A stretch of DNA of 64,000 bases from a bacterium (GCA_963669175.1 OY769902.1:928001-992000); one strand, 5' to 3'; shown: positions 8,614 to 19,858, numbered from the stretch's first letter. Made by a program: numbers and translations. The notes: generated by a model from the letters alone, not told the origin.

Positions 8614-11073
8614 ATGATGCGTTACCTGCCGCTGGTACTACTGTGTCTGTTGTGTGCGACCGTTGCACTCGGGGAAGAGTTTTACGTTTCCACTTCCGGC
8701 GAGGATGATCCCGCCAACGGTAGCGAGCAAAACCCGTTTCGTTCACTATCCTATGCGTTGTCCGTTGCCGATACCACCCCTGCGGTGTCCAATACAATCC
8801 ATGTTGGCGCTGGCACCTACACCATTGAGACGGAAATCCTGCCCTTGCCCATGATTGACGACGTCATCATTTCCGGGGCAGGGCCACAGGCGACAGTGTT
8901 TACCGCTGACGATGGTCCAACCAACGTGTTTACCTGCGTAGGCGCGGATAACTGGACCCTCGAAAATCTGACCATCACCGGCGGAAACGCGATACAGGGC
9001 GGGGGCATTTCCATGCTCCAGTGTAGCCATGTCAACCTGCGAAACCTGATCATACGGAATAACCGCGCCGATCATCCGCAGATCCCGAATTTCGAAGGCC
9101 ACGGCGGCGGCTTGTATGTCTATGAATCAGACCTAGTGCTGATCGACCACGTTTTGCTGTACGATAATTCAGCTCGTGATGATGGCGGCGCTCTTTCCAT
9201 TGTTCACTGCAATCCCGCTCTGTCCTTTGTCACCATCACCCGGAACTCGGCTGATCTTGATGATGGCAGCGCGGCAATATTCTACCAGACTCTCGATGGC
9301 GGTCCCTGGACACTGGAGAATTCCATTGTCTGGGCCAACGGGGATTCCAGCAACGGGTTGGCGACAACGGTCACAACCGCGGGCGTCACCGTATCCTACA
9401 GCCTGGTTGAACGTGCCGATGGCGCTGCATGGGGTGGTACCGGGAATGTATGGAACGATCCCCTGTTTACAGACCCGGAAAACGACTTCACCCTTTTACA
9501 CGGATCCCCGGCCATAGACCTCGCAAATCCGGCTGAAGATTACACTGACGAACCGGCGCCGAATGGCGATCGTGCGAATTCCGGTTTCTACGGCAATACC
9601 GATGATGCCCAATTGGGGATGGTTCCGATAGTACTTTCACGTGGTCAGTACGCCTTCATCGGGCTTCCGGTTGAAACGACAACCGGTGATCCTCAAACCC
9701 TGTTCGGGGAGTATTTTGACAATACGACCCCGGGCGAGGATACCTGGCGACTGGAGCGTTGGGATAACACTACCGGTCTGTACCTGCGCTACGATGAAGT
9801 TGAGAGTGACGGCAGCGATCATGGTGATCCGCCGGTTATGGCGCCGGGGCTGGGATACCTGGTTCAGCAGAATATGGATATCCAGACTACACTCTGGGTA
9901 GATGGAAACGCGCTTGATCAGTCTGTGGATTACACGCTTGAACTTGCCACATCGGACATGGTGCAGATGCACATGATCGCCAATCCCTACCCTTACCCGG
10001 TAAACTGGAGTGACATGTGTTTCCAATCTCAAGCCGGACTGCTCTGCTTTGATGATGCCGCGCAGCTTAATTACGCTGACCGTTACCTGTATATCCTGGA
10101 CAGCCAGGGCCGGTTTGTTCCAACCCTGGATCGGCTTGACCCCTGGCAGGGCGCGTTTATCCTGACTCATCGTGAAGGCAACCTGACCTGGATAGTTCCG
10201 AGTGAACGTAATGAGGCCAACCCGGGCGATCTGCGTGATAACCTGGATTGGGGATTGTCGGCGGGCTTTTCCGCTCTTGATGCTTCCGGCGAAACCATGG
10301 CGGCAGACGAAGGCCACCTGTTTGGGACCGGAGAGTTGATGGAAGATGGCAGGGATGGCTATGACGCCTGCGTGCTCAACCCGCTGGAGATGCGTATCCT
10401 GACCTGGTCTGCTATCGGTGATGACGAATCCACGATGTTGTACCATGACCTGCGTGAACCGATCCCGGAACACGACATAAAGGGCTGGCATTTTCATACC
10501 ATGTATGTTCCCACCGGGGAAGCAGGAGATACTCTCTTACCGGAATCGTTCCTGTTTCGTGTCAATGGGTTTGCCTTTGATGACCTCGGAGAACCCCAGT
10601 ATCCAGATACGTCCTACCGTTTCCGGTTGATGGACAGTGAATTCACTATCCTGATGAGTGACATGCGTGACTATCCCGATACAACAGGGTGTGTCTACGA
10701 GGTCACGGCGCAACATTCCGGGGACACCCTTGCGACCGCAGATGTGTGGGTGTTTGCCGGAAATCAGGTCTGGGCGGACGCGGACGAGACCCCTGCGGAA
10801 CTTCCTTCACGGTTCGAGGTGACCGGTACATGGCCCAACCCGTTTAACCGTACTCTTTCCCTTAGCTTTACCCTGCCGCAACGTGGTGATGTCGCCATAA
10901 CTGTTTTTGATGTGCTGGGACGTGAAGTGGACCGTTTGCAGTACGCCGGATTAGCTGCAGGCGCACACCGTGTCGCCTGGCAACCGGAAGCAACTCTGGC
11001 CAGCGGTATCTATTTCATCCGTCTTAAACATGCCGGACATATGGCGCTACGCAAGGCAGTACTGGTCAAGTAA
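8614..11073 (+). CDS. Secreted right-handed beta-helix (DUF1565/pectin-lyase-like) protein with T9SS-type C-terminal domain
   Basis: Signal peptide after a GAGGA SD (start reassigned from 8515); YVSTSG.D..NGS..NPF, GGG/N repeats, C-terminal WPNPFN...ASGIYF. Confidence 0.8.
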   Translation: MMRYLPLVLLCLLCATVALGEEFYVSTSGEDDPANGSEQNPFRSLSYALSVADTTPAVSNTIHVGAGTYTIETEILPLPMIDDVIISGAGPQATVFTADDGPTNVFTCVGADNWTLENLTITGGNAIQGGGISMLQCSHVNLRNLIIRNNRADHPQIPNFEGHGGGLYVYESDLVLIDHVLLYDNSARDDGGALSIVHCNPALSFVTITRNSADLDDGSAAIFYQTLDGGPWTLENSIVWANGDSSNGLATTVTTAGVTVSYSLVERADGAAWGGTGNVWNDPLFTDPENDFTLLHGSPAIDLANPAEDYTDEPAPNGDRANSGFYGNTDDAQLGMVPIVLSRGQYAFIGLPVETTTGDPQTLFGEYFDNTTPGEDTWRLERWDNTTGLYLRYDEVESDGSDHGDPPVMAPGLGYLVQQNMDIQTTLWVDGNALDQSVDYTLELATSDMVQMHMIANPYPYPVNWSDMCFQSQAGLLCFDDAAQLNYADRYLYILDSQGRFVPTLDRLDPWQGAFILTHREGNLTWIVPSERNEANPGDLRDNLDWGLSAGFSALDASGETMAADEGHLFGTGELMEDGRDGYDACVLNPLEMRILTWSAIGDDESTMLYHDLREPIPEHDIKGWHFHTMYVPTGEAGDTLLPESFLFRVNGFAFDDLGEPQYPDTSYRFRLMDSEFTILMSDMRDYPDTTGCVYEVTAQHSGDTLATADVWVFAGNQVWADADETPAELPSRFEVTGTWPNPFNRTLSLSFTLPQRGDVAITVFDVLGREVDRLQYAGLAAGAHRVAWQPEATLASGIYFIRLKHAGHMALRKAVLVK

Positions 11074-11096
11074 CCTGTGGTCCACTGGGGGGAACT

Positions 11097-11837
11097 ATGC
11101 TGAAGCTTCGTTTTCTGCCATTGTGTGTGCTGATCACTCTTTTCCTGTGCGCCGGGTGCGATAATGACGAGGATGAAGACAGCAACCCGGATCTCGAGCC
11201 TCTTGAAGTGTTTGATCTGAATGTCCCGGCGCCAAACGGGCTGTGTATGTCAGCCGATGGGAATCATCTCTGGACTGTAAGTGACAGCACCGACTACCTG
11301 TACAAACTGGACATGCAGGGGCAGACACAGGAAATCATCATGCTGTACGGGATGGGTTTGCGAGGTGTGTGTATTGACAGCAGGGACAGCAGTTTTTATT
11401 CCGTGTCGGTAACAAGGAAGGCTGTGGTTCATCTCGATTCCACCGGAACTCTCCTGGAAGAATTTCAGCTCCCCGATACAAGCGTAGTTGACAACCTGTT
11501 CGGCCTGGCCCTTGACGAGAGCAGCGACGTCCTGTATGTAGTTCAGAGCGCCTACCCCGGCAACCTCTACCTGATGAGTATTCATGGTGGCTGGTTGAGT
11601 GCCTTCGAGCTCGATTCAGGCGCTGATTGCTCCGGTTTATGTATGGATTCAGCGACGGATCGTTTGTGGATCGTGTTTGCGCACAGCGACCGCCTGAAAA
11701 GAATGAACTCAACCGGTGTGGAAGTCGGAAGTTGGACACACGAATTGGCGGACCTGCAGGGAATCGAGGAACACAATGGGTATCTGTATGTCATCAGCTC
11801 AACCCATCAGCAACTGTATGTGCTGGATAAGCCGTGA
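11097..11837 (+). CDS. Lipoprotein, probable beta-propeller (SdiA-regulated/YncE-like)
   Basis: Lipobox CAGC; repeated 'GL..D....LWxV' blades. Confidence 0.65.
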   Translation: MLKLRFLPLCVLITLFLCAGCDNDEDEDSNPDLEPLEVFDLNVPAPNGLCMSADGNHLWTVSDSTDYLYKLDMQGQTQEIIMLYGMGLRGVCIDSRDSSFYSVSVTRKAVVHLDSTGTLLEEFQLPDTSVVDNLFGLALDESSDVLYVVQSAYPGNLYLMSIHGGWLSAFELDSGADCSGLCMDSATDRLWIVFAHSDRLKRMNSTGVEVGSWTHELADLQGIEEHNGYLYVISSTHQQLYVLDKP

Positions 11838-11944
11838 AGATGTGAGTTGGTTCTTCGCTGTTTCAAATGGATCAGGATATCTATAGTCAACAAGAAAACA
11901 ACGACAGGTTAGATCAGTGATTCTGTACCAGGTTTCGCTAAAGT

Positions 11945-12777
11945 CCACCGAAGGTGGGCTACTTGAATAGCGCGGTGCGTAAGCGCCGGGAATATGGTTG
12001 CCTTCCCCTTTCGATCCCGAAGGGATCGCACAACAATCCGTGATGAAATTCGAAGGAAAATCGGGACTGCTACACAATTTCGCCAGATGGAATTCCAATT
12101 TCTGTTGTTGAGGTTCGAGAGATAATCATGCTCATCCATTTCCGGATAACGTAAAGCGAAATTGGTAGCTGTACCAGGATTTTCCTGGACTAGATAATCA
12201 CTTAGCCCGGATATTTCACGAACGAAACATGGATAATCATCTTAACACATTTCATATCAGCACAATACAACTGATTCATACAGCTTTTTTATGGGTACAG
12301 TTTGCTCCGGTATCCCTTTGCGTGCCTATTCCCTGTTTCGCTGGCAAAATGAGGCTGAGTATCGGCAACCGCCCCGGCAGGGGCAACCTGTATTAGCCCC
12401 GGGCAGCTGCCGTCAGTTTGGCGGCTACCCGGGGAGATAATGCGCACCATATATTTACTCCGGAAGGAGTAACCTATTAATTATCATAAGTATACAGTGA
12501 CAATATTTAGGCAACCCGCTGCCGGGGTTGGCAAGTAGCGTACATCCTATTCCCACCGTGAGCGCCAAACAGACGGCGCTGGACGGTGGGCTAATCCAGG
12601 GAACCACTGCCGTGGTTCTTGCACTGGACATTCCATCAAATACCACATTTGAAATTGCATTGGTGAAATATTCGGGTTAGCCAATATGTGCGTCCCCTTC
12701 AGGGACGATAGATGGTGGAGACACTGATTTTCCGGCGCTTACGCACCGCGCTATTCGGGTGTCACCTCTTCGAGGTG
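11945..12777. repeat. Nested non-autonomous palindromic elements (three-hairpin inverted arms enclosing two further elements)
   Basis: GAATAGCGCGGTGCGTAAGCGCCGG (11965-11989) is the exact reverse complement of 12732-12756. Each copy is flanked by two small hairpins. Inner inverted pairs lie at 12055-12185 and 12371-12618. Confidence 0.8.
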
Positions 12778-12793
12778 GAAGGGACTGTAAATT

Positions 12794-12996
12794 CTATCCT
12801 TTTTATCCTGCCTATCCTGTAAAGTCGTTCAAGACTTTCAACATTATACCAGCTTTTTCCATTACCAAAAAGTCAGCCCGGGTGCAAGCACACCGGGCCA
12901 CACGTTTGTGCGTATTATAATTCACAATCAGTCTGTTTCTTCACATTATAAATTCCTTCATCCTTGTTATCCTTTTCATCCTGTCTATCCTGTAAA
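12794..12996 (-). repeat. Two AGGAT ~9-bp periodic arrays flanking a GTGG-footed REP
   Basis: ATCCT x3 (12794-12823), REP GCCCGGGTGCAAGCACACCGGGCCAC (12876-12902), ATCCT x4 (12958-12996). Confidence 0.75.
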
Positions 12997-13020
12997 TTCT
13001 ACCACGAGTCGCAACTTGTC

Positions 13021-13263
13021 TTACACCGTCTTATCCACTGTCTGCTCATCCCCGCCCTGTTTCTGGACGATATTGCGGAAATGCTGACGGATGGCTTCTT
13101 CCGCGCGTTCGTGGCGGCTGATATCTTCTTTGCCTTTCATGTCCTTGCTGGCCTGGAGCGGGTCACGTCCCTCTGATTTGAGCACAGTATTTTTCGAAGG
13201 ATCTTTGCCCTCGGGAACAAAATTCTGTCCATTCATCAGTTTTCCTGGTTCGACAGCGTCCAT
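13021..13263 (-). CDS. Small hydrophilic hypothetical protein (~80 aa)
   Basis: GAGGTG SD before ATG at 13263; divergent from the HAD gene; no recognisable family. Confidence 0.5.
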   Translation of the reverse strand: MDAVEPGKLMNGQNFVPEGKDPSKNTVLKSEGRDPLQASKDMKGKEDISRHERAEEAIRQHFRNIVQKQGGDEQTVDKTV

Positions 13264-13399
13264 AACCACCTCAAAAAGCTTAACCTCTTCTTTGAAAGAC
13301 AGCTGTTTTTGAGCTGCATCGTTCGCGAATTCCCCTTATCTTATCGGCACATTATGGTTTTAGCTTCAAAAGACAGAACAACAACCCTGGATTGATAGA

Positions 13400-14191
13400 A
13401 TGGCCGGAAAACCAGCCCCGTACAACGAACCATCACCTGCACGTTCGCAGCATCACCGCCTGATCACGCCGGATGATGCGATTGTCGCCATCAGGGAAAA
13501 GGTCCGCGCTGTCCCGTCCGGACGTGCCCCATTGGTGGTTTTTGACCTGGATGGCACACTCTTTGACAACCGTGTCCGCAGCCAAAGGATCATGATTCAC
13601 CTGGCGGAACAGGGCGGCGGACGTTTGCATGATGATGTCCGTAACATGGTTATGGCGTTGCCATTGAACCATATGCAATACGGTGTCGTCGATACGCTGA
13701 AAGGGGAAGGCATCGAGGATCAGAATATCCTTGACTATTTCCTGCAAGGCTGGTTCGACAATTTTTTCACCGATGAATGGGTGAAGCAGGATATTCCCAC
13801 TCCCGGCGCCCAGGACTTTGTGAAGCGTGTGCTGGCGTGCGGCGTCAAGGTGGTGTACCTGACCGGGCGGGATACGCCGAACATGCGGAAGGGCACCCTT
13901 GAATCCCTCAAGCAGCATGGTTTCCCCATGCCGGACGAGGAACGAATCATCCTGATTACCAAGCCGACCTTTGAAACTCCCGATCTCGATTTCAAGCAGG
14001 CCGCGATTGATCAGTTGCAACGGCTTGGAGACGTTGTCGCTACCTTTGACAACGAACCCAAGATGAACAATACACTTGCCAGTGCGTTTTCCGGCGCTAC
14101 CCACATTTTCCTGGATACACTCCACAGTGGAGACTGGGAACCTTTGAACCCGGAAATTGTAGTCATGACAGACTTTCGTTTACAGGCATAG
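13400..14191 (+). CDS. HAD-superfamily hydrolase/phosphatase
   Basis: VFDLDGTLFD motif I, TGR motif II, FDNEP motif IV. Confidence 0.8.
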   Translation: MAGKPAPYNEPSPARSQHHRLITPDDAIVAIREKVRAVPSGRAPLVVFDLDGTLFDNRVRSQRIMIHLAEQGGGRLHDDVRNMVMALPLNHMQYGVVDTLKGEGIEDQNILDYFLQGWFDNFFTDEWVKQDIPTPGAQDFVKRVLACGVKVVYLTGRDTPNMRKGTLESLKQHGFPMPDEERIILITKPTFETPDLDFKQAAIDQLQRLGDVVATFDNEPKMNNTLASAFSGATHIFLDTLHSGDWEPLNPEIVVMTDFRLQA

Positions 14192-14203
14192 AGGACTTTT
14201 ACC

Positions 14204-15595
14204 ATGGCAGACAGCTTGCCGTTTTCCCATTCCCAGGCGTACCGCTGGCGCCGGTTCTTCAACTGGTTTCCCCTTGGGCTTACCTATGCGTTCCTGTATA
14301 TGGGACGGTACAACCTGACGGTATCCAAGAACGCCCTTGGCGATTTGATGACCAAGGAAGATTTCGGGATCATTTTCGCCGCGGGTACGATTACCTACGC
14401 GTTTGCTTTCCTGCTGAACGGACCGTTGACAGATAAAATCGGCGGGAAACGGGCGATCCTGATCGGTTCGATGGGATCGGCCATAATGAACATCGGGATG
14501 GGGCTGGCTGTTTATCACCTGCTGCACCATCCTGCCGAGGTCAATATTCGTCTGCTGTTCAGCATTTTGTATGCAGGCAACATGTATTTCCAGAGTTATG
14601 GCGCAGTTGCGATTGTCAAGGTGAATGCGCACTGGTTCCATGTGAGGGAACGTGGGGTGTTCGGAGGGATATTCGGCATCCTGATTTCACTCGGTATTTA
14701 CTTTGCCTTTGACTGGGGTTACGCCATTGTACGAGCTACCAAAGCCGTAGCTGATCCCCAATTGGGCTTTATCCTGAAAGCGCTACGTGCGGTTCTGGGG
14801 ATTGAGGGCGCGACCATGGACGAGACCTGGTGGGTGTTCTTTGTCCCGGCCGCGTTGCTGGTGGTGATGTTTATTATCGAGATCATCATCCTCCGAGATC
14901 GTCCCGGCCAGGCAGGCTTTGAGGATTTTGACACGGGTGACGCTTCTTCCGGTGAAGAGGATGAACCGTTCAACCTCGGCCAACTCCTGAAGAGGATCCT
15001 GACCAATCCCATTATCCTGACCGTAGCCGCAATCGAGTTCTGCAGCGGTGTCATGCGTAACGGTGTTATGCACTGGTACCCGATTTATATTAAAGAAGTG
15101 CTTCACTATGGTTCCGACCATTTCATGCGTGAGCACTGGGGGTTGGTGTTGATGATCGCCGGTGTTCTGGGTGGGATTTTCGCCGGGTTTATTTCCGATC
15201 ATGTTTTCGGTTCACGTCGTGGTCCGGTTGCCGCCGTACTCTATGGCTTCCTGCTGATCGGAACCATTGGCCTGGTTTTCACCCTTGATTCACCGTGGTA
15301 TGTGCTCGGCGCGATTGCTTTCTTCATGAGCTTGAGCGTGATCGGGGTACACGGCATGCTGTCCGGTACCGCTACGATGGACTTCGGCGGACGAAAAGGC
15401 GCGGCAACGGCGGTGGGTCTGATTGATGGATTCGTCTACTTGGGAACCGGTTTGCAGTCGCTTTCACTTGGCTACCTGACCACGGCGAACTGGCACTACT
15501 GGCCGATCTTCCTGCTCCCGTTCAGCGTGATCGGGCTGCTCCTGGCGATCCGTATCTGGAAAGCCTTCCCGCACGCCAAACGCAAAGGAAAATAG
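14204..15595 (+). CDS. MFS transporter, GlpT/UhpC organophosphate:Pi antiporter-like
   Basis: YAFLYMGRYN N-terminal motif, GPLTDKIGGKR and GFISDHVFGSRR MFS loops, about 12 TM helices. Confidence 0.85.
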   Translation: MADSLPFSHSQAYRWRRFFNWFPLGLTYAFLYMGRYNLTVSKNALGDLMTKEDFGIIFAAGTITYAFAFLLNGPLTDKIGGKRAILIGSMGSAIMNIGMGLAVYHLLHHPAEVNIRLLFSILYAGNMYFQSYGAVAIVKVNAHWFHVRERGVFGGIFGILISLGIYFAFDWGYAIVRATKAVADPQLGFILKALRAVLGIEGATMDETWWVFFVPAALLVVMFIIEIIILRDRPGQAGFEDFDTGDASSGEEDEPFNLGQLLKRILTNPIILTVAAIEFCSGVMRNGVMHWYPIYIKEVLHYGSDHFMREHWGLVLMIAGVLGGIFAGFISDHVFGSRRGPVAAVLYGFLLIGTIGLVFTLDSPWYVLGAIAFFMSLSVIGVHGMLSGTATMDFGGRKGAATAVGLIDGFVYLGTGLQSLSLGYLTTANWHYWPIFLLPFSVIGLLLAIRIWKAFPHAKRKGK

Positions 15596-15608
15596 CTCCA
15601 AGGACACA

Positions 15609-16254
15609 TATGACTCACAGGATAATAGGATAGAAGGATATCAAGGATAACTGCTGGTTGAATTTACAGGATGAAAAGGATGAAAAACTGAAGATTTATG
15701 TAAAACTGGGACTGACCCATGGTGGTCTGTCCCGTTGTTTTTACTTGAATCTCTATCCTTCAGTCATCCTATCATCCTTCTATCCTGTTAGAATCTTTTC
15801 TTTGCGCCTTTGTGTCCTTGCGTGAAACATTTTTAAGAAACATAAATCCCCGCCAGACCTGATCTCCAGCGGGGTTCTTTTTTGTATGACTCACAGGATA
15901 ATAGGATAGAAGGATATCAAGGATAACTGCTGGTTGAATTTACAGGATGAAAAGGATAGTAAGGATGTCAAGGATAGAAACATAAATACAAATTATTTTT
16001 GTTTTTACCTTGTAGTTTTTCTTTTCTTTGCGCCTTTGCGTCTTTGCGTGAAACATAAAACCCCGCCGGATCTGATCTCCCGCGGGGTTCTTTTTCACAT
16101 GACTCACAGGATGATAGGATGTAAAGATAGCAAGGATAAAAAGGAAAAGATCTGAAAATTTTTTGTTAAAACAGGATTTACCTGCGAAATTCATCCTGTT
16201 CTTTACACTATTCTTTCATCCTTCAGTTATCCTATCATCCTACTATCCTGTTAG
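15609..16254. repeat. Tandemly amplified composite repeat (~2.5 units)
   Basis: 73-bp identity between 15609-15681 and 15885-15957; duplicated blocks 15795-15830/16021-16056 and 15841-15883/16054-16096; units begin ATGACTCACAGGAT. Confidence 0.85.
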
Positions 16255-16266
16255 GGGTTGGAAAGA

Positions 16267-17427
16267 TTACCCTTGCAAGAACTCGATGATCGCGTCCGCG
16301 ACTTCCTTGATCTGATCATCGGTCAGTTCCGGGTAGACCGGCAAGGCCAGTGTCTCAGCCGCTGCAATCTCACTCAAGGGGAAATCGCCTTCCTTGTAGC
16401 CCAGATCCGCGAAACATTCCTGCATATGGAACGGCACCGGGTAATAGATAGCATTCCCGATCTTACGTTCATCGAGGAACGCCTTCAGTTCATCCCTGCG
16501 ATCCACACGGATGATGAACTGGTTGTAAATATGACGCACGTCGCCCGCCTCGATCGGCAGGATCAGGGCATTGGTATCCTTCAGAGAAGTAATATCTTCC
16601 GCTTTGGTCGCCTCTTTGACCACACCGGCAGCACGGAACAGCTCGCCATACGTGTGCGCGTTCTTCTGACGGCCTTCGGTCCACTGGTCGAGATACTTCA
16701 GCTTGACCTGCAATACCGCTGCCTGGAGGGCGTCAAGGCGGAAGTTGCCGCCGATGACACTGTGGTAATATTGACGTTCCCCGCCATGCACACGCATGAT
16801 ACGGACACGTTCGGCGATGGTGTCGTCATTAGCAACGACCATGCCGCCATCACCCGCGCCGCCAAGGTTTTTCGACGGGAAGAAGCTGAAGCAGCCGTAA
16901 TGACCGATTTCACCGGCACGCTTGCCTTTGTACTCCGAGCCTATCGCCTGGGCGCCATCCTCGATTACGACCAGGTTGTGCTTTTCGGCAATCGCCATGA
17001 TCGCATCCATGTCCGCCATCTGACCATACAGGTGGACCGGCATGATTGCGCGTGTTTTTGGGGTAATCGCGGCCTCAATCAGGTTCGGATCGATGTTGAA
17101 GGTGACCGGGTCGATATCAACCAGCACCGGTTTCGCGCCGGAACGTGCAATACTGCCTGCGGTAGCAAAGAAGGAATAGGTCGTGGTGATAACCTCGTCA
17201 CCGGCGCCGATTCCGGCAGCCATAAGGGAGAGCAACAGGGCGTCCGTTCCCGACGATACCCCGATTGCATGGTTCGTGTGGCAATAATTCGCGATGGATT
17301 TTTCGAATTCGACAACCGTAGGGCCAAGAATAAAATATTGTGACTCAAATACCTGCTGGACGGCTTCATCGGTTTCCGTCTTGATCGTCTTGTACTGAGC
17401 TTTCAGGTCCAGAAGCGGGACACCCAT
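16267..17427 (-). CDS. DegT/DnrJ/EryC1/StrS family PLP-dependent sugar aminotransferase
   Basis: SSGTDAL, PVHLYGQ, IEDGAQA, FSFFPSKNLGGAGDGG. Confidence 0.92.
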   Translation of the reverse strand: MGVPLLDLKAQYKTIKTETDEAVQQVFESQYFILGPTVVEFEKSIANYCHTNHAIGVSSGTDALLLSLMAAGIGAGDEVITTTYSFFATAGSIARSGAKPVLVDIDPVTFNIDPNLIEAAITPKTRAIMPVHLYGQMADMDAIMAIAEKHNLVVIEDGAQAIGSEYKGKRAGEIGHYGCFSFFPSKNLGGAGDGGMVVANDDTIAERVRIMRVHGGERQYYHSVIGGNFRLDALQAAVLQVKLKYLDQWTEGRQKNAHTYGELFRAAGVVKEATKAEDITSLKDTNALILPIEAGDVRHIYNQFIIRVDRRDELKAFLDERKIGNAIYYPVPFHMQECFADLGYKEGDFPLSEIAAAETLALPVYPELTDDQIKEVADAIIEFLQG

Positions 17428-17763
17428 GGTTCTATCCTTTCAACCAACTGTTGGTAACAATGTCCAAGAGGGAACTCGGAGCCGGGTATTCAAGTTCCTT
17501 TTCCGAATGTTCTCTCTGCCCGGGTGAAGATAGGCACACCACTGGTGGAACGCAACTGGAGACCGGCGAGAATCCGGAGAAATGCAGCGCTAACCAAAAG
17601 AATTCAATGAGGTTACAATATGTGATTTTTTTAACAAAATCGGGAATTGTGGAAGAAAATCATGTGGAGTTACCCTGGAGAAAACTTTGTTCTAGAGATA
17701 TTTGCATCGGGCAAAGTTCTCGTTTACCTTACGCGCTGACATAACGACGAACGGAATCGCCAC

Positions 17764-17850
17764 GGAGAGGTGACAGAGTGGTCGATTGTGCACGCTTGGA
17801 AAGCGTGTGAGCGGGTAACCGTTCCGTGGGTTCGAATCCCACCCTCTCCG
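17764..17850 (+). tRNA. tRNA-Ser(GGA)
   Basis: GGAGAGG/CCTCTCC acceptor stem, anticodon arm CACGC-TTGGAAA-GCGTG, long variable arm, GGTTCGAATCC T-arm; CCA not encoded. Confidence 0.95.
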
Positions 17851-17854
17851 CTAC

Positions 17855-17890
17855 GCGCCCGGCTGAAGAAGCCGGGCGCTTCTGTTTTTT
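17855..17890 (+). terminator. Intrinsic terminator after tRNA-Ser
   Basis: GCGCCCGGCT-GAAGA-AGCCGGGCGC followed by a T-rich tract. Confidence 0.75.
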
Positions 17891-17992
17891 CTGTGCGTGT
17901 GACCTTTCCAATTATCTCTCCCTCTTTGCTACAGAAAAAACTGAAGGGTGGCCCGATTTTCCCCGTGAGGATGTTGATGCCTTTATTACACA

Positions 17993-18314
17993 TATTGCTG
18001 TTCTCGATTTTATTCCGACATAATAAAGATTGCCGGGAAAAGGGGACGGGATCCTTTTCCTCGCGCGCATATGAAACACTCTCGCCGAACTTGTGGAAAA
18101 GGAAACTGTACCCTTTTCCGTGTACGTCCTGCCTGCTCTCAAGAAAAAGGGTACAGCCACCTTTCCCGGTCCTTGCTCACAGCGGGAAGGCTTTGCCCCA
18201 GGGAAAGGAAACTGTCCCCTTTTTCCATATCCTTATCCTTTATTCCAACCATATGGTTGACCTTTCACTGATCTGGCACATGACCACATGACGGAATAAT
18301 AATGGGAATCGCTA
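17993..18314 (+). repeat. ~320-bp four-box element, family B (copy 1)
   Basis: Four ~25-bp palindromic boxes at 18036, 18095, 18143 and 18201; similar over its whole length to the reverse complement of 45984-46296. Confidence 0.85.
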
Positions 18315-18798
18315 TACTTTACATGGAATAGAGCTTCCACGAGCATCAAAATCTGATTGGCAAAGTCGGGAAAATGACAAAATCTGTTTACCACCTATTG
18401 GTCTCACTAGTGAAAGTCTCAAGTATCCCGACTTGCTCATCATCCGCATCACAGGACGACGGCCCACAAGTGTTGTCAGCATTTTGAGAGGATCATGCTT
18501 CATATCCGGCAAATCGGGCCATGCACTCCTATGCTGTATCGTTAGAAACGTACAGGGCCACCCGTCCTACTGGGAAACGTACAGGGCTACCCGACCTTTA
18601 CTCCACAGGGATAAATGACAGAAAGATATTTCGTGTATGACGCTTTCTGTCCCTTCACACATCTTCAGTGAAAGCAAGGCATTTGATTGATGACAATCAC
18701 AACGGAACCCGTCCCGATGGGAGCCTGTATAATGCCAGAGAGTCGTAAAAGAGTATTGAAATGGGTTTATATACTTGAAGGAAAGCAGTATTTTCTAG

Positions 18799-19842
<1,044 letters not shown>

Positions 19843-19858
19843 ACTTGTATGTCCTTAG

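Noticed and set aside
17430-17600. Possible riboswitch (cobalamin-like fragments) upstream of the aminotransferase
   Set aside because: Motif order and strand do not fit the consensus; it would need cmscan support
18036-18226. CRISPR array (25-bp palindromes with 23-34 nt spacers; also at 46 kb and 54.7 kb)
   Set aside because: The boxes are non-identical and alternate in orientation, there are always exactly four, spacers are shared between loci, and no cas genes are present
17770-18291. 173-aa ORF and related ORFs at 46038-46324, 54595-54986, 39675-40247 and 15934-16194
   Set aside because: They overlap a tRNA and/or repeat elements and are translations of non-coding repeats
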